Below, piece after piece: positions 17,392 to 26,035 of a DNA stretch of 55,896 nt. Numbering within the stretch: position 1 is the stretch's first letter; the number at the start of each line of letters is the position of its first letter. The DNA comes from Solirubrobacterales bacterium (GTDB lineage Bacteria; Actinomycetota; Thermoleophilia; Solirubrobacterales; 70-9). Location of the stretch: positions 1 through 55,896 of the forward strand of contig DATNHC010000009.1 in assembly GCA_035605155.1 (NCBI GenBank), in the 5' to 3' direction. Both the position numbers and the translations under genes were made by a program. The notes under the pieces were generated by a model that worked only from the letters and a program-made list of their open reading frames with translations, was not told the origin of the DNA and did not search any database.

Positions 17392-20204
17392 CAGCGTGCC
17401 CTCTTCTTCTTGCAGGCGGCCTGCAGCGGGACCTTGAGGTTGCGCTTGGCCCCGTTTTGCCCTTTGAAGCGCACGGTTGCCTTTGGCACCTTGCTCTTGC
17501 AGAGGTCGCGCGAGTTCTGCAGGAGGCCCTTGGCGCCGCCCTGCATCTGCAAGACGATCTGTGAGACCGGCACGTCGGGGATGAAGTCAAAGGTGTTGCG
17601 GATGCCGCCTTTGATCGAGTCGACGCGGCCGACCGCGGTGAAGTCGACCTGGCCGTGCAGGTCCATCACCAGGTCGGGCAGCTCGTTGCTGGAGGATCGT
17701 AGGTAGACCGGGCCCTGCAGCGGTTGATCGAGGATCGGCGTGGTAGCGGTGACCTTGCCGTAGATCGAGCCGGCCGGGCAGCTCTTGGCGGCGAACTGCA
17801 CCCTGGTGCAGATCGTCTTGATGTGGGCCTGGTCGAGGAACTCCGACCTTGGCAGGGCGACCGAGGCGAAGGAAAGGTTGGCGTCGCCTGGCCTGGCTTT
17901 GAGGACGGCGCGCAGGACTGGGTGATCGCCGCGCTTGGTGCCGCCCCTAAGGCGCAGGCTGAGCTTTGGCTCAAAGGGCAGGTTGGCGCAGTTGGCGAGC
18001 TGGAAGTGGGAGGTGCGGGTGGCTTTGGCGCCTTCTTCGCCGAAGAGCTCTGCATCGGAGGAGAGCGCTTTGCAGTTGGTCGGGTTGAGGGCGAACTTCG
18101 GCCGGTCGATGTCAACGCGCACCGAGCGCACCCGCAGCGGGATGCCGTCGATCTGAAGCGGCAGTGGGTCAGAGACCGTCTTCACCCGGGCGGTTACCGG
18201 ATCGACGTGGACGGCGACGCGGGTGGCGATGTTGCCGACGTCATAGGGGCCGGTGACCGCGGGGATCACGACCACGATCGAGAGCGGCGCCCCTTTATAG
18301 GGACCGGCGAGGTAGGCCTTGCCCGATTGGTAGAGGACACGGCTGCCGGCACCGGCGCCGCCGGTCACGCTGCCGATCTGGCTTGCCTGTGGGCAAACCG
18401 ATGAACTCAGCTCTGCGAGGCCCGAGTAGAGCGGGTTGCCGAGCTGGGCGATCGCCGCCTCTGGGCAGTAGGGGATGCCCTTGAGGATCCCCGAGAAGCC
18501 AGCCGGGGGAGAGACGTTGGCGGCGGCAAGGAACTGATCGCCGTCAGCTCGGGAGATCTCGACGATGAAGGGCGAGTGGGCGCCGCCGGTGTTCTTGGTC
18601 ACCCCTGCTTGGAAGGAGGGCGCGAAGGGCCGTTGCGCTCCGGGGCAGGGCGTGCCGTTAGGACCTGAGTCGATCGTGAAGAACTGGGTCGAGCTCTGCG
18701 TGGGCAGCTCTGAGGCCCAGGGGGTGAAGCTGGCTTTGATCGGGTAGGTGCCACAGCGGGTCGGGGTGGCAAGGGCGCCGCGCTCAGAGCCAAAGACGTG
18801 CATGTCGAATTCCTGGAAGGTGAACTGGGGCAGGTTCTCGAAGCTGACCGTCATCCCGTTGAGGGGATCGGGGCGAGCGGTGCCGGGCAGCTTGACGTGC
18901 AGGCTGAAGCCGTCGAAGACCAAGAAGACCCGGTAGCGGTTGCCGGGCAGCGGCTCGCCCAGGTACATCGAGCCTCGCAGCACTTCTGGAAGCGAGGATG
19001 AGGTGACCGCGAGGGAGCCGATCTTGGCGTGCTCGGGGCACTGGGCTTCCTCGCGCGTCCCGAAGCGAGCTTGTGCTGCGGTGCAGGCCACCTTGCCGTC
19101 GGCGGCGTTGGGGTTGATCGTGAAGCCCGGCGGCAGCTGCACGGTGGTCGCCTTGATCGCCGAGGGGGTGGGAACGGTGCCGCTCAGCGTCTGGGGCACC
19201 GTCAGGGTGGCATCGAGGCCCGAGGGCGAGTCTGCCTCGGTGGTCGTCGGCTTGGCCACCAGGCTCGGGTTGAAGGTCAGCTTGTCGCAGCCGGTCGTTG
19301 CCGGAAAGCTGGAACTGGCGAAATCCGTCTCACCGTCATAGGCGAGGGTTTCGACCGAGGAGTTGAGCTCCCCCGCGCAGTTGGTCGGGTTGGAGATGAA
19401 GGGGGTGAGGGGGGCGTTGGAGGGAGTCGGAGCCGGGACCATTTTCTCCAGGATGTTGGCGCAGTCGGGATAGGGGAACCTGCCCGCCAGGAGGGCCGGC
19501 AGCGCATCCTGGTCGCGGCAGAGGTACAACGGCCACCCGTCCCCTTCGGATTCACCCTCGAACCCCTCCGGGGGCATGCGCAGCGCATCGTGGGAGGGAT
19601 CGGCCGGCACTCCCCAGAAGATGAACTCGACTCGCCTGGGCGCGACCGGGAAGGCGCCGACGCGCCGCGGGATGCCGAGGGTCTTCGTCTCGAGGCCGTA
19701 GTCGCTCTCGGTGCGGGCGGTGAACGAAATGAAGACGGGCAGTGAGAGCGTGTTGGAGGGCACCGGGGCCGGGAAGGCGAGCAGCGCCGCCTGGCCCCCC
19801 TTCGGCACCATGTTGAAGAGCGGCATCACGGTGCAGCCGGGGCCTGGCTCGGCCCCGCGAATGGACAGGCAGACGAGCCCCACCTGGCTCTCGATTGGGC
19901 AATCGAGCAAGGAGAACTGCGCCAGGGTGCAGCGGGGGATGTCGCGCGGAGCGCCGAGCAGGCCGGGGGCGCTGTTGACCGTGATCTCTTTCGCTCCATC
20001 GCAGTCCCCGCAGGGCGACAGATCCTCGCCGAACAGGAAGGAGAAGTGCAGGTCGGGGTGGCCACCGGCCGCCTGGGTGTTGACGGAGGTCGCCCCGAAG
20101 GAGAGAATCGGCGTCTTCGCCTCTGCTCGCTCGCCGAGCTCTCCGCCGGACAAACCCAAAGCGAGGGCGAAGGCTGAAATGCCGAGTAGCAGGCGCGCCC
20201 TCAT
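17391..20204 (-). CDS. Secreted ~940-aa multi-module protein, 'B-type' (paralog of 10238..12943)
   Basis: I place the start at the internal ATG 20204 (MRARLLLGISAFALALGLSGG, a signal peptide), which forms an ATGA overlap with the upstream stop. The 70-aa N-terminal extension in the track overlaps the upstream gene and is Arg/Pro-rich. The stop overlaps the next ATG by 1 nt (17391). Confidence 0.85.
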   Translation of the reverse strand: MRARLLLGISAFALALGLSGGELGERAEAKTPILSFGATSVNTQAAGGHPDLHFSFLFGEDLSPCGDCDGAKEITVNSAPGLLGAPRDIPRCTLAQFSLLDCPIESQVGLVCLSIRGAEPGPGCTVMPLFNMVPKGGQAALLAFPAPVPSNTLSLPVFISFTARTESDYGLETKTLGIPRRVGAFPVAPRRVEFIFWGVPADPSHDALRMPPEGFEGESEGDGWPLYLCRDQDALPALLAGRFPYPDCANILEKMVPAPTPSNAPLTPFISNPTNCAGELNSSVETLAYDGETDFASSSFPATTGCDKLTFNPSLVAKPTTTEADSPSGLDATLTVPQTLSGTVPTPSAIKATTVQLPPGFTINPNAADGKVACTAAQARFGTREEAQCPEHAKIGSLAVTSSSLPEVLRGSMYLGEPLPGNRYRVFLVFDGFSLHVKLPGTARPDPLNGMTVSFENLPQFTFQEFDMHVFGSERGALATPTRCGTYPIKASFTPWASELPTQSSTQFFTIDSGPNGTPCPGAQRPFAPSFQAGVTKNTGGAHSPFIVEISRADGDQFLAAANVSPPAGFSGILKGIPYCPEAAIAQLGNPLYSGLAELSSSVCPQASQIGSVTGGAGAGSRVLYQSGKAYLAGPYKGAPLSIVVVIPAVTGPYDVGNIATRVAVHVDPVTARVKTVSDPLPLQIDGIPLRVRSVRVDIDRPKFALNPTNCKALSSDAELFGEEGAKATRTSHFQLANCANLPFEPKLSLRLRGGTKRGDHPVLRAVLKARPGDANLSFASVALPRSEFLDQAHIKTICTRVQFAAKSCPAGSIYGKVTATTPILDQPLQGPVYLRSSSNELPDLVMDLHGQVDFTAVGRVDSIKGGIRNTFDFIPDVPVSQIVLQMQGGAKGLLQNSRDLCKSKVPKATVRFKGQNGAKRNLKVPLQAACKKKRAR

Positions 20205-23200
20205 CGCCCTGCCCTCCTCCCGGAGCGGTCGCGCCCACGCTTCGCGCGCACGCAGCGCTTGCCCTTCTTCTCGGCCGCCTTGCGCGCACGCTTCGTGCAG
20301 CGCCCCCGCCGTGGTTGGCGTTTGCGGGGCTCTGCAAGGTTCCCGCCACGGCCGAGGGGCGCGCTGCTGGCCAGTCGCGGCGGGGCCGGCGCCGCTCCTC
20401 CCACCCCATGGCACTCATCGGCCGCCGCGCAGGGGGCCGGCACGGCCGCGCGCGGGAAGCCGCCGTTTACGCGTGCGTCATAGAACTTGAGGTTGGGACC
20501 GTTCTCGTCCTCGGGGACGAGGGTCTCGAAGGTGGCGAAGTAGACGTCGGTGCCGTTGCCGCTGATCCCGATCAGGCCCTCGGGCGACTCGCTGTCGGGG
20601 GCCGCGTCGCCGCTGCCGGGGGTGATCAGCTGCGGGCGGCCGTTGACGTACTCATAGACGTCGATCGCCTCGTTGGTGTCGGCGGGGACGACTCCGTCAG
20701 CAGTGAAAAAGAAGGTGCGCCCGTCGTCGGCGATATAGAGACCGTTGCGAGCCCCCATCGCATCGGCGCTCGGCGGCTCGCCGCTGGGGCGGCAGGAGGC
20801 GCAGATCAGCTCTTCAGCCTCGGCGTCGAACAGGTACATCGCCTCGAAGCCGCCGTTGTCGGCGCCGGTCAGCCGATCGTCTGAGAGGAAGGCCGCGTGA
20901 TCGCCAGAGGGCGTCACCTGCAGGCGGCTGGCGGGTTTGTCTTCTGAGAGCGCGGCGACGAACTGCACCGTCCCTTCCCGTGCCACATAGAGATTGCGGG
21001 CGCCGGGGATTCCCTCACCGGGAACGAGCTGCTCGGGGGAGTAGAAGTAGGCGGCGCCGCTCCCGGTCCCGAAGGGGTGGTCGGTCTCACGCCAGTCGGA
21101 TTTGCTCCCGGCCGTCTGGGGGACGACGATCCCGCACTTCGCCACCCACTCGGCGTTGCAGCCGTCGCGGTCGCCGGCGCTGCCGAGCTCTCCCTTGGAG
21201 AGGCGCGTGATCTGATCGCCCGCCTCGCTCCAGCGGTAGAGGTCGGTCGAGGTGTCGGTGTCATCGGCGGTGATCTGCTCATCGGAGGTGAAGAGGACCT
21301 GCGAGCCGTCGTCGGTCATGCCGACGAAGTCGACGACGTGGCCGGCCGATACGTCGTAGCTGACCGCGCCGTCGACGCGCATGTAGAGGTGGCCGGGGTA
21401 GAGGCCGAACTTGCAGTGCTTGGTCTGGAGCGTCAGACCGCAGTAGAAGGGGTGCTCGCCGCAGAGGGGCCGACCGCAAACCCCTGTCGCCAGCGAGGAC
21501 ATCAACAGGTGGCTGCCGTCTTCGGAGACCGCCGGCAGCTCCAGCCAGCCGTCGGTCAGAGGGCCCGGCTCGCGCGGTATGTCGCCGCCCGCCGGCGTCT
21601 TCGAGGCGATCGTCACCGCGCCCGTCCGCAGGTCGTTGTCATAGGCTGACCCCGTGCCCGACGTCAACCCTCCCGGTGCGAAGGCCAGGTTGGCCGAGGA
21701 GAAGAAGAAGTGGCTGAAGTCGCCTGCCGGGCGGAAGTCCCCGGCGAAGCCGCCGATCGAGATATCCTCCATCGCGCCGGGCACCTCGGCGGCGTTGGTC
21801 GGCAGCCTGCCGAGGCTGTTGCCCTCAGCGTCGAAGAGGTAGCCCGCCGCGGAGCCGAGCCTGGGCGCCGCCCACTGCACGAAGCGCGAGAGCCGCTCGT
21901 CGAACATCGTGCCCGTGGCCGCGGCGCCCCCACTGTCAGACCGGTAGGGCGGCCCCCAGGTGAAGATCGCCGTGGTGTCCGTCGTCGGCCCCAGGCCCAC
22001 GTAACGCGTGCGCCAGCCAGTGTCTCCGCGCGTCGCCACGTAGAGGTCCCCGTAGGTGCCGAAGGGGTCGCCGCTGCCCTGCAGCGAGCCTATGAAAACG
22101 GAGAAGGGGAAACGCGAGGGGCTGGTCGCCTTGGGCGGTACCGCACCGCCCGGTATCAGGACCGTCGAGCCAGCATTCCCCGGCGAGACCAGCTCATAGG
22201 CGCGGCAATCGGGCAGGGCGCCGGAGCCCGACTGCTGGCGCGCGGTGGCGTTGGGGCAGGGCTCGGGGTAGAAGTTGAAGGTCTGGTTGGCGCTCGTCGT
22301 GGTGCCGGCTTCGTTGGTGGCGACGACGCGGAAGTGGTGGACGACCGGGTCGAGGCCCTCGATGTGGGCCTCGACCGCGACCGCTCCGTGGGAGTCGCCG
22401 ATCGCCACCTCGGGCGTGCTTTGCCCGTAGGCGCGGGTCGTGCCGTACTCGAAGTGGTAGGAGGTCGCGGTGCCGAGCGGGTTGATCTGAGCCCTGAGGT
22501 CGGCCGAGCTGGCGGTCACGTTGACGGCGCTCTGCGAGTCGATCGTCGGCGGCGCGGCGAGCGTGGTGAAGCTCTGCACCGGACCGGTCGTGTTGGAGGT
22601 GTATGGCTTTACGATCCGTAGCCGCACTTCGTACTCGGTCTTCGGCGCCAGGCCGGCAACGGAGAGGTTGAAGGCAATGGGCGAGTCACCGGTGCCGATC
22701 GGCGCCGGGCGCCCGAAGGGCGCCCACTGCGACTCCGATGCCTTCTTGTATTCGGCCTGGTAGGTGGTGGCAGGGGGACTGGGATAGGGGGCAGCATCCG
22801 GGCCGTTGGGGTCGATCGTTCCCGTGAGCGTCGCCGCGCTGCGAGTTACGTCGCCGACCGGGTCGAGGGTCAGCTCCGGCGCCGGCCCCAGCTCGCCGAA
22901 GACGCTGACGCGGATTTCGGTGCGGTTTGATGGATCTTGGAGGGTGTATGGCTCGGCTTTGATCGGGTTGAGACTGAAGCCGACGATGTCGTCGGAGGAG
23001 TCGGGAGCCGGAACGTCGGTGCAGGGCAGGCTGGTCTCGAGGAGCGTCCCGCTCGGGTCGAACTCCTGGATACGGACCTCCCTGGGGGATGGAATGCCGT
23101 CCGGGCAATCGGAGAACCCGGCCGGATACCGCTTCGCCACGAAGACGTGGTCGTTGGCCGCGACCGCGACGTCGAAGGGGGCATCGGCGAATCCGCTGCC

Positions 23201-25573
23201 TTGCGGCCCGCCGTCGGCGGCCGTCGCCACCGTCGCCGTATTGGCGCCAGCGCCAGAGCCGCCGCTGAGCGCCGGGCTGCCCTGCATCGCCTCGATCTCT
23301 TCGACGTCGGTCCCGGCGACGGGGCCGCTGTCGAACTCGATCGTGTAGGTGCCGCCGCCCGGTGCTCCGGGGCCGCCGGTGACGCTCACCGAGCCCCCGC
23401 CGGCGCCGATCGAGGGCAGCGCGTTCAACGCCTCTTCCACCGAGCCGGGCCCGCTCGGCGGCGCGTTGTGGGGGATGTTGGGGGTTTCGTAGGGGAGGTT
23501 CGAGATGAGTACGTAGTCGTCACCTGACGCCGTGGCCGGCGCGGAGATGGTCAGCGTGCCTGGGGTGACGGCGGTAATGAAGACATCTGCGTTAGGCAGC
23601 ACGGCGTTGCAATTCGGGACGGGTGGGCACGCCGTGGTGATCCTCTCGCCCACGGTGAAGGCGCCTGTCGTGGTTTCGACGTTGGTGATCACGTCGGAGC
23701 CTTGGGTGAAGTCGCCGAGGCCCGTAGTGCCGCCTGTTTCGGCCCCAAAGCTCAAGCGGAACTGGCCGGCGCCGGCGTTGACGGTCAGCTCTTGAATGTC
23801 GTTGGAGGCGATCGTCGAGGGTGAGAGCACAGGCGGGCCAACCTGCGGAGTGAACTTCTGCAGCCTGCCGGAATCGACGACGTAGATTGCGCCGTTGGAG
23901 TCCTCCGCAACCGCACTGCTCCTGAATTGGAACTGAAACTGAAACTGGCCCGTGGCGCCGCCTTGAACGCCCGCCTTGCACACGTCTCCCGAAGCGGGTG
24001 TACAGACCTCGAACTCATCGGCGGCGCTGTCGCCGGGGCCGGTGGCGACAACGTCCCAACCGAAGGCTCGCACGAGGGTGCCGGCCGCAGTGAACTCCTG
24101 GATCCGGTAGTTGGAGTTGTCGGCAACGAGAACGTTGCCCGCATTGGGGGCTCCTGCCGGAGCGACCGCGATGCTGCGTGCGGCCGAAAGGTAACCGGCC
24201 GCGTCGCCGTCCACCGCTGCCTTGCAGGCGTCGTTGGCGGTGCAGACCTCATAGCCCCCGCCGGATGCGAGGGTTGTAACCGCGGCCGTCTGGCTCCCGC
24301 CGGCCAGGTTCGTCGCGTCGGCTCTTAGCTCGACGACGTCGTCGCCGCCGAGGGCGCCTTTGTAGGTGATGACGTAAGGGTTAGAGCCCCCAGGGCCGCC
24401 GGTGACGGTGACGCTGCCCCCGTTGCCGCTGATCCCTGGCTGTGTTTCCAGTGCGGCTTTGACCTGCGCCGAGGTTGCGTCGTAGGGGATGGGTGCGGTG
24501 AATTCTGCGGGATTCGGGTTGCCAAAGTTTGTGAGGCAGGCGCCCGAGCAGAGGGTGAAGGTTCCGCCGGTGGCACTTACAGTGAGCTCTTGCACCTCGT
24601 CGACGTCGCTGTCGCCGGCCCCGGAGCGGACTACGTCGCCGCCGAAGGCGCGCAGGAACTGGCCGCTGGCCGAGAAGACGTTGATGCGTTTGCCGCCGCC
24701 GCCGCTGAGGCCGAGGTCGATGACGAAGAGGTTGCCGTTTGCCTGGTCGATCGCGATGTCGATGGGCTCGTCTACTGCCCCACCGATCTGAGTCGCATCA
24801 TCGACGCGGCTCTGCGGCGTTCCGTTCTTGCAGACGTCGCCGAGGTCGGTACGGCAGATCTCGGCGCCGGTTGCGCCGGGATTGACGGTCGTCACCCAAC
24901 CCTCGGCGGGACCGCCGCTGAGCGCGGAGTCATCGATAGCGATCCGCGGCTGGTCGGTGCCTCCCATCGTGCCGCCGAAGGCGATCAAATATGGGCTGGA
25001 GCCGCTGGCATCGCCGGGGCCGCCCGTGACGGTGACGGCGCCGTCGGTGATCGATCCGAGGGCATCGAGGGCAGCCTGCACCGCTGCTGCTGAGGCGTTA
25101 TAGGCGAGCGCCGGAGTGGTGTCGGCGCCAAAGCCGAGGGTGAAGGTGCCGCCGGTGGCCTGAATCATGAGCTGTTGGAGCTCGTCCGAGTTACCTGGGC
25201 CTTCCTTTACCACGTCGGTGCCCCAGAGGCGCTTGAAGGCCTGTGTGAGGGAGAACTGCTGGATGCGGTTGCCAAGGTCGTCGTATGCGCCGCGAAAATC
25301 ACCCAGGTACATGTCACCGGCAACGGCACCCCCAGCCCCGGTGCCATTGACGGCGATTGAGAGAGGGGTCACGAAGTCGCCGGGCTCTTCCTGAGGGCAG
25401 CGATTACTACCAACACACTCGTTTTCTAGTCTCGTCCCGAACTGATACGCACCGATGACTCCCCGTTCGGCACTCGCCGCAGGGGCGAGGAGAAGCAGCG
25501 CGGTGAGCCAGGCGCTCAGCGCGAGCCAAAGGCGAAGGCCTGGCTGGTGGCTGTGGTTTTGGGTGTCGATCAT
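20201..25573 (-). CDS. Giant secreted NHL-repeat / novel-repeat / FN3-like / TolB-like protein, 'A-type' (paralogous architecture to 12940..17391)
   Basis: Signal peptide (LWLALSAWLTALLLLAPAASA). NHL blades (NRIQQF, KRINVFSASGQFLRAFGGDVV, YRIQEFTAAGTLVRAFGWDVV). Three 'QELTVxATGGTFTL...VTVTGGPG' repeats. Two FN3-like repeats. CRAYELVS + PD40-like repeats. Tail: APCAAADECHG...RCTKRARKAAEKKGKRCVRAKRGRDRSGRRAGR. Confidence 0.9.
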   Translation of the reverse strand: MIDTQNHSHQPGLRLWLALSAWLTALLLLAPAASAERGVIGAYQFGTRLENECVGSNRCPQEEPGDFVTPLSIAVNGTGAGGAVAGDMYLGDFRGAYDDLGNRIQQFSLTQAFKRLWGTDVVKEGPGNSDELQQLMIQATGGTFTLGFGADTTPALAYNASAAAVQAALDALGSITDGAVTVTGGPGDASGSSPYLIAFGGTMGGTDQPRIAIDDSALSGGPAEGWVTTVNPGATGAEICRTDLGDVCKNGTPQSRVDDATQIGGAVDEPIDIAIDQANGNLFVIDLGLSGGGGKRINVFSASGQFLRAFGGDVVRSGAGDSDVDEVQELTVSATGGTFTLCSGACLTNFGNPNPAEFTAPIPYDATSAQVKAALETQPGISGNGGSVTVTGGPGGSNPYVITYKGALGGDDVVELRADATNLAGGSQTAAVTTLASGGGYEVCTANDACKAAVDGDAAGYLSAARSIAVAPAGAPNAGNVLVADNSNYRIQEFTAAGTLVRAFGWDVVATGPGDSAADEFEVCTPASGDVCKAGVQGGATGQFQFQFQFRSSAVAEDSNGAIYVVDSGRLQKFTPQVGPPVLSPSTIASNDIQELTVNAGAGQFRLSFGAETGGTTGLGDFTQGSDVITNVETTTGAFTVGERITTACPPVPNCNAVLPNADVFITAVTPGTLTISAPATASGDDYVLISNLPYETPNIPHNAPPSGPGSVEEALNALPSIGAGGGSVSVTGGPGAPGGGTYTIEFDSGPVAGTDVEEIEAMQGSPALSGGSGAGANTATVATAADGGPQGSGFADAPFDVAVAANDHVFVAKRYPAGFSDCPDGIPSPREVRIQEFDPSGTLLETSLPCTDVPAPDSSDDIVGFSLNPIKAEPYTLQDPSNRTEIRVSVFGELGPAPELTLDPVGDVTRSAATLTGTIDPNGPDAAPYPSPPATTYQAEYKKASESQWAPFGRPAPIGTGDSPIAFNLSVAGLAPKTEYEVRLRIVKPYTSNTTGPVQSFTTLAAPPTIDSQSAVNVTASSADLRAQINPLGTATSYHFEYGTTRAYGQSTPEVAIGDSHGAVAVEAHIEGLDPVVHHFRVVATNEAGTTTSANQTFNFYPEPCPNATARQQSGSGALPDCRAYELVSPGNAGSTVLIPGGAVPPKATSPSRFPFSVFIGSLQGSGDPFGTYGDLYVATRGDTGWRTRYVGLGPTTDTTAIFTWGPPYRSDSGGAAATGTMFDERLSRFVQWAAPRLGSAAGYLFDAEGNSLGRLPTNAAEVPGAMEDISIGGFAGDFRPAGDFSHFFFSSANLAFAPGGLTSGTGSAYDNDLRTGAVTIASKTPAGGDIPREPGPLTDGWLELPAVSEDGSHLLMSSLATGVCGRPLCGEHPFYCGLTLQTKHCKFGLYPGHLYMRVDGAVSYDVSAGHVVDFVGMTDDGSQVLFTSDEQITADDTDTSTDLYRWSEAGDQITRLSKGELGSAGDRDGCNAEWVAKCGIVVPQTAGSKSDWRETDHPFGTGSGAAYFYSPEQLVPGEGIPGARNLYVAREGTVQFVAALSEDKPASRLQVTPSGDHAAFLSDDRLTGADNGGFEAMYLFDAEAEELICASCRPSGEPPSADAMGARNGLYIADDGRTFFFTADGVVPADTNEAIDVYEYVNGRPQLITPGSGDAAPDSESPEGLIGISGNGTDVYFATFETLVPEDENGPNLKFYDARVNGGFPRAAVPAPCAAADECHGVGGAAPAPPRLASSAPLGRGGNLAEPRKRQPRRGRCTKRARKAAEKKGKRCVRAKRGRDRSGRRAGR

Positions 25574-25631
25574 CGTGGGGCCCCGGCCCGAGCGTTAGCT
25601 GTGGTGGACGCCCGGGCCGCTGGATCTGTCG

Positions 25632-25793
25632 TCAGCAATCGATCTCGCTACTCCGACTAGGGTCCGGGGGTGAATCCGAGGCGGTTGCCTTGCCTCCGGA
25701 GTTGTTGGCGGGGTAGGCGCCACCCAACGCCGCGAAGGCGACAACCGAGATCACTCCCGGGATGCCGAACCGGTTGCGTAGTGGCGAGAGCAT
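25632..25793 (-). CDS. Candidate 53-aa leader ORF (single TM) at the head of the big operon
   Basis: Below the track's length cut-off. ATG 25793 is preceded by AAGGAGAAG (spacing is a little long, ~11 nt). Product: MLSPLRNRFGIPGVISVVAFAALGGAYPANNSGGKATASDSPPDPSRSSEIDC. The N-terminus resembles the anchor of the 9599..10219 protein. Unverified. Confidence 0.3.
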   Translation of the reverse strand: MLSPLRNRFGIPGVISVVAFAALGGAYPANNSGGKATASDSPPDPSRSSEIDC

Positions 25794-25915
25794 CGAAATC
25801 TCTTCTCCTTGTCCCGTGAGCCCCTCTGCCCGCCGCTTCCCTTTGCGGCTTCCTCGAGGCTCGGTTGTCCCTGTTTGCTACGTCCCTGTGCCGTCTTTCA
25901 CAGACGACGTTCAAA

Positions 25916-25944
25916 ACTGTAAACGGAGACTTTCATAAAGTCAA
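25916..25944 (-). promoter_or_regulatory. Near-consensus sigma-70-type promoter for the secreted-protein operon
   Basis: Minus strand reads TTGACT-17 nt-TACAGT. It lies inside the only AT-rich patch of the 25.6-26.0 kb intergenic region, ~120 nt upstream of the candidate leader ORF. Confidence 0.4.
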
Positions 25945-26035
25945 GGGGGATGTTTTTGTGAGAAAGAAGGTTGTCTCGGTGAAGACCGGTCGTCCTGCAG
26001 ACCCGCAGGAAGAAGCTGGCGGATTTGGGATGCGG

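Noticed and set aside
20205-20414. 70-aa N-terminal extension of the B2 protein (track start 20414)
   Set aside because: It overlaps the 3' end of the 1790-aa gene and is Arg/Pro/Gly-rich. The internal ATG at 20204 gives a proper signal peptide and an ATGA coupling, matching the A1/B1 junction.
23926-23950. Hexanucleotide microsatellite (TGGAAC-TGAAAC-TGAAAC on the plus strand) encoding (QF)4 in the 1790-aa protein
   Set aside because: Only about three units, and in-frame (6-nt period), so slippage would merely add or remove QF dipeptides. There is no evidence of a regulatory role.
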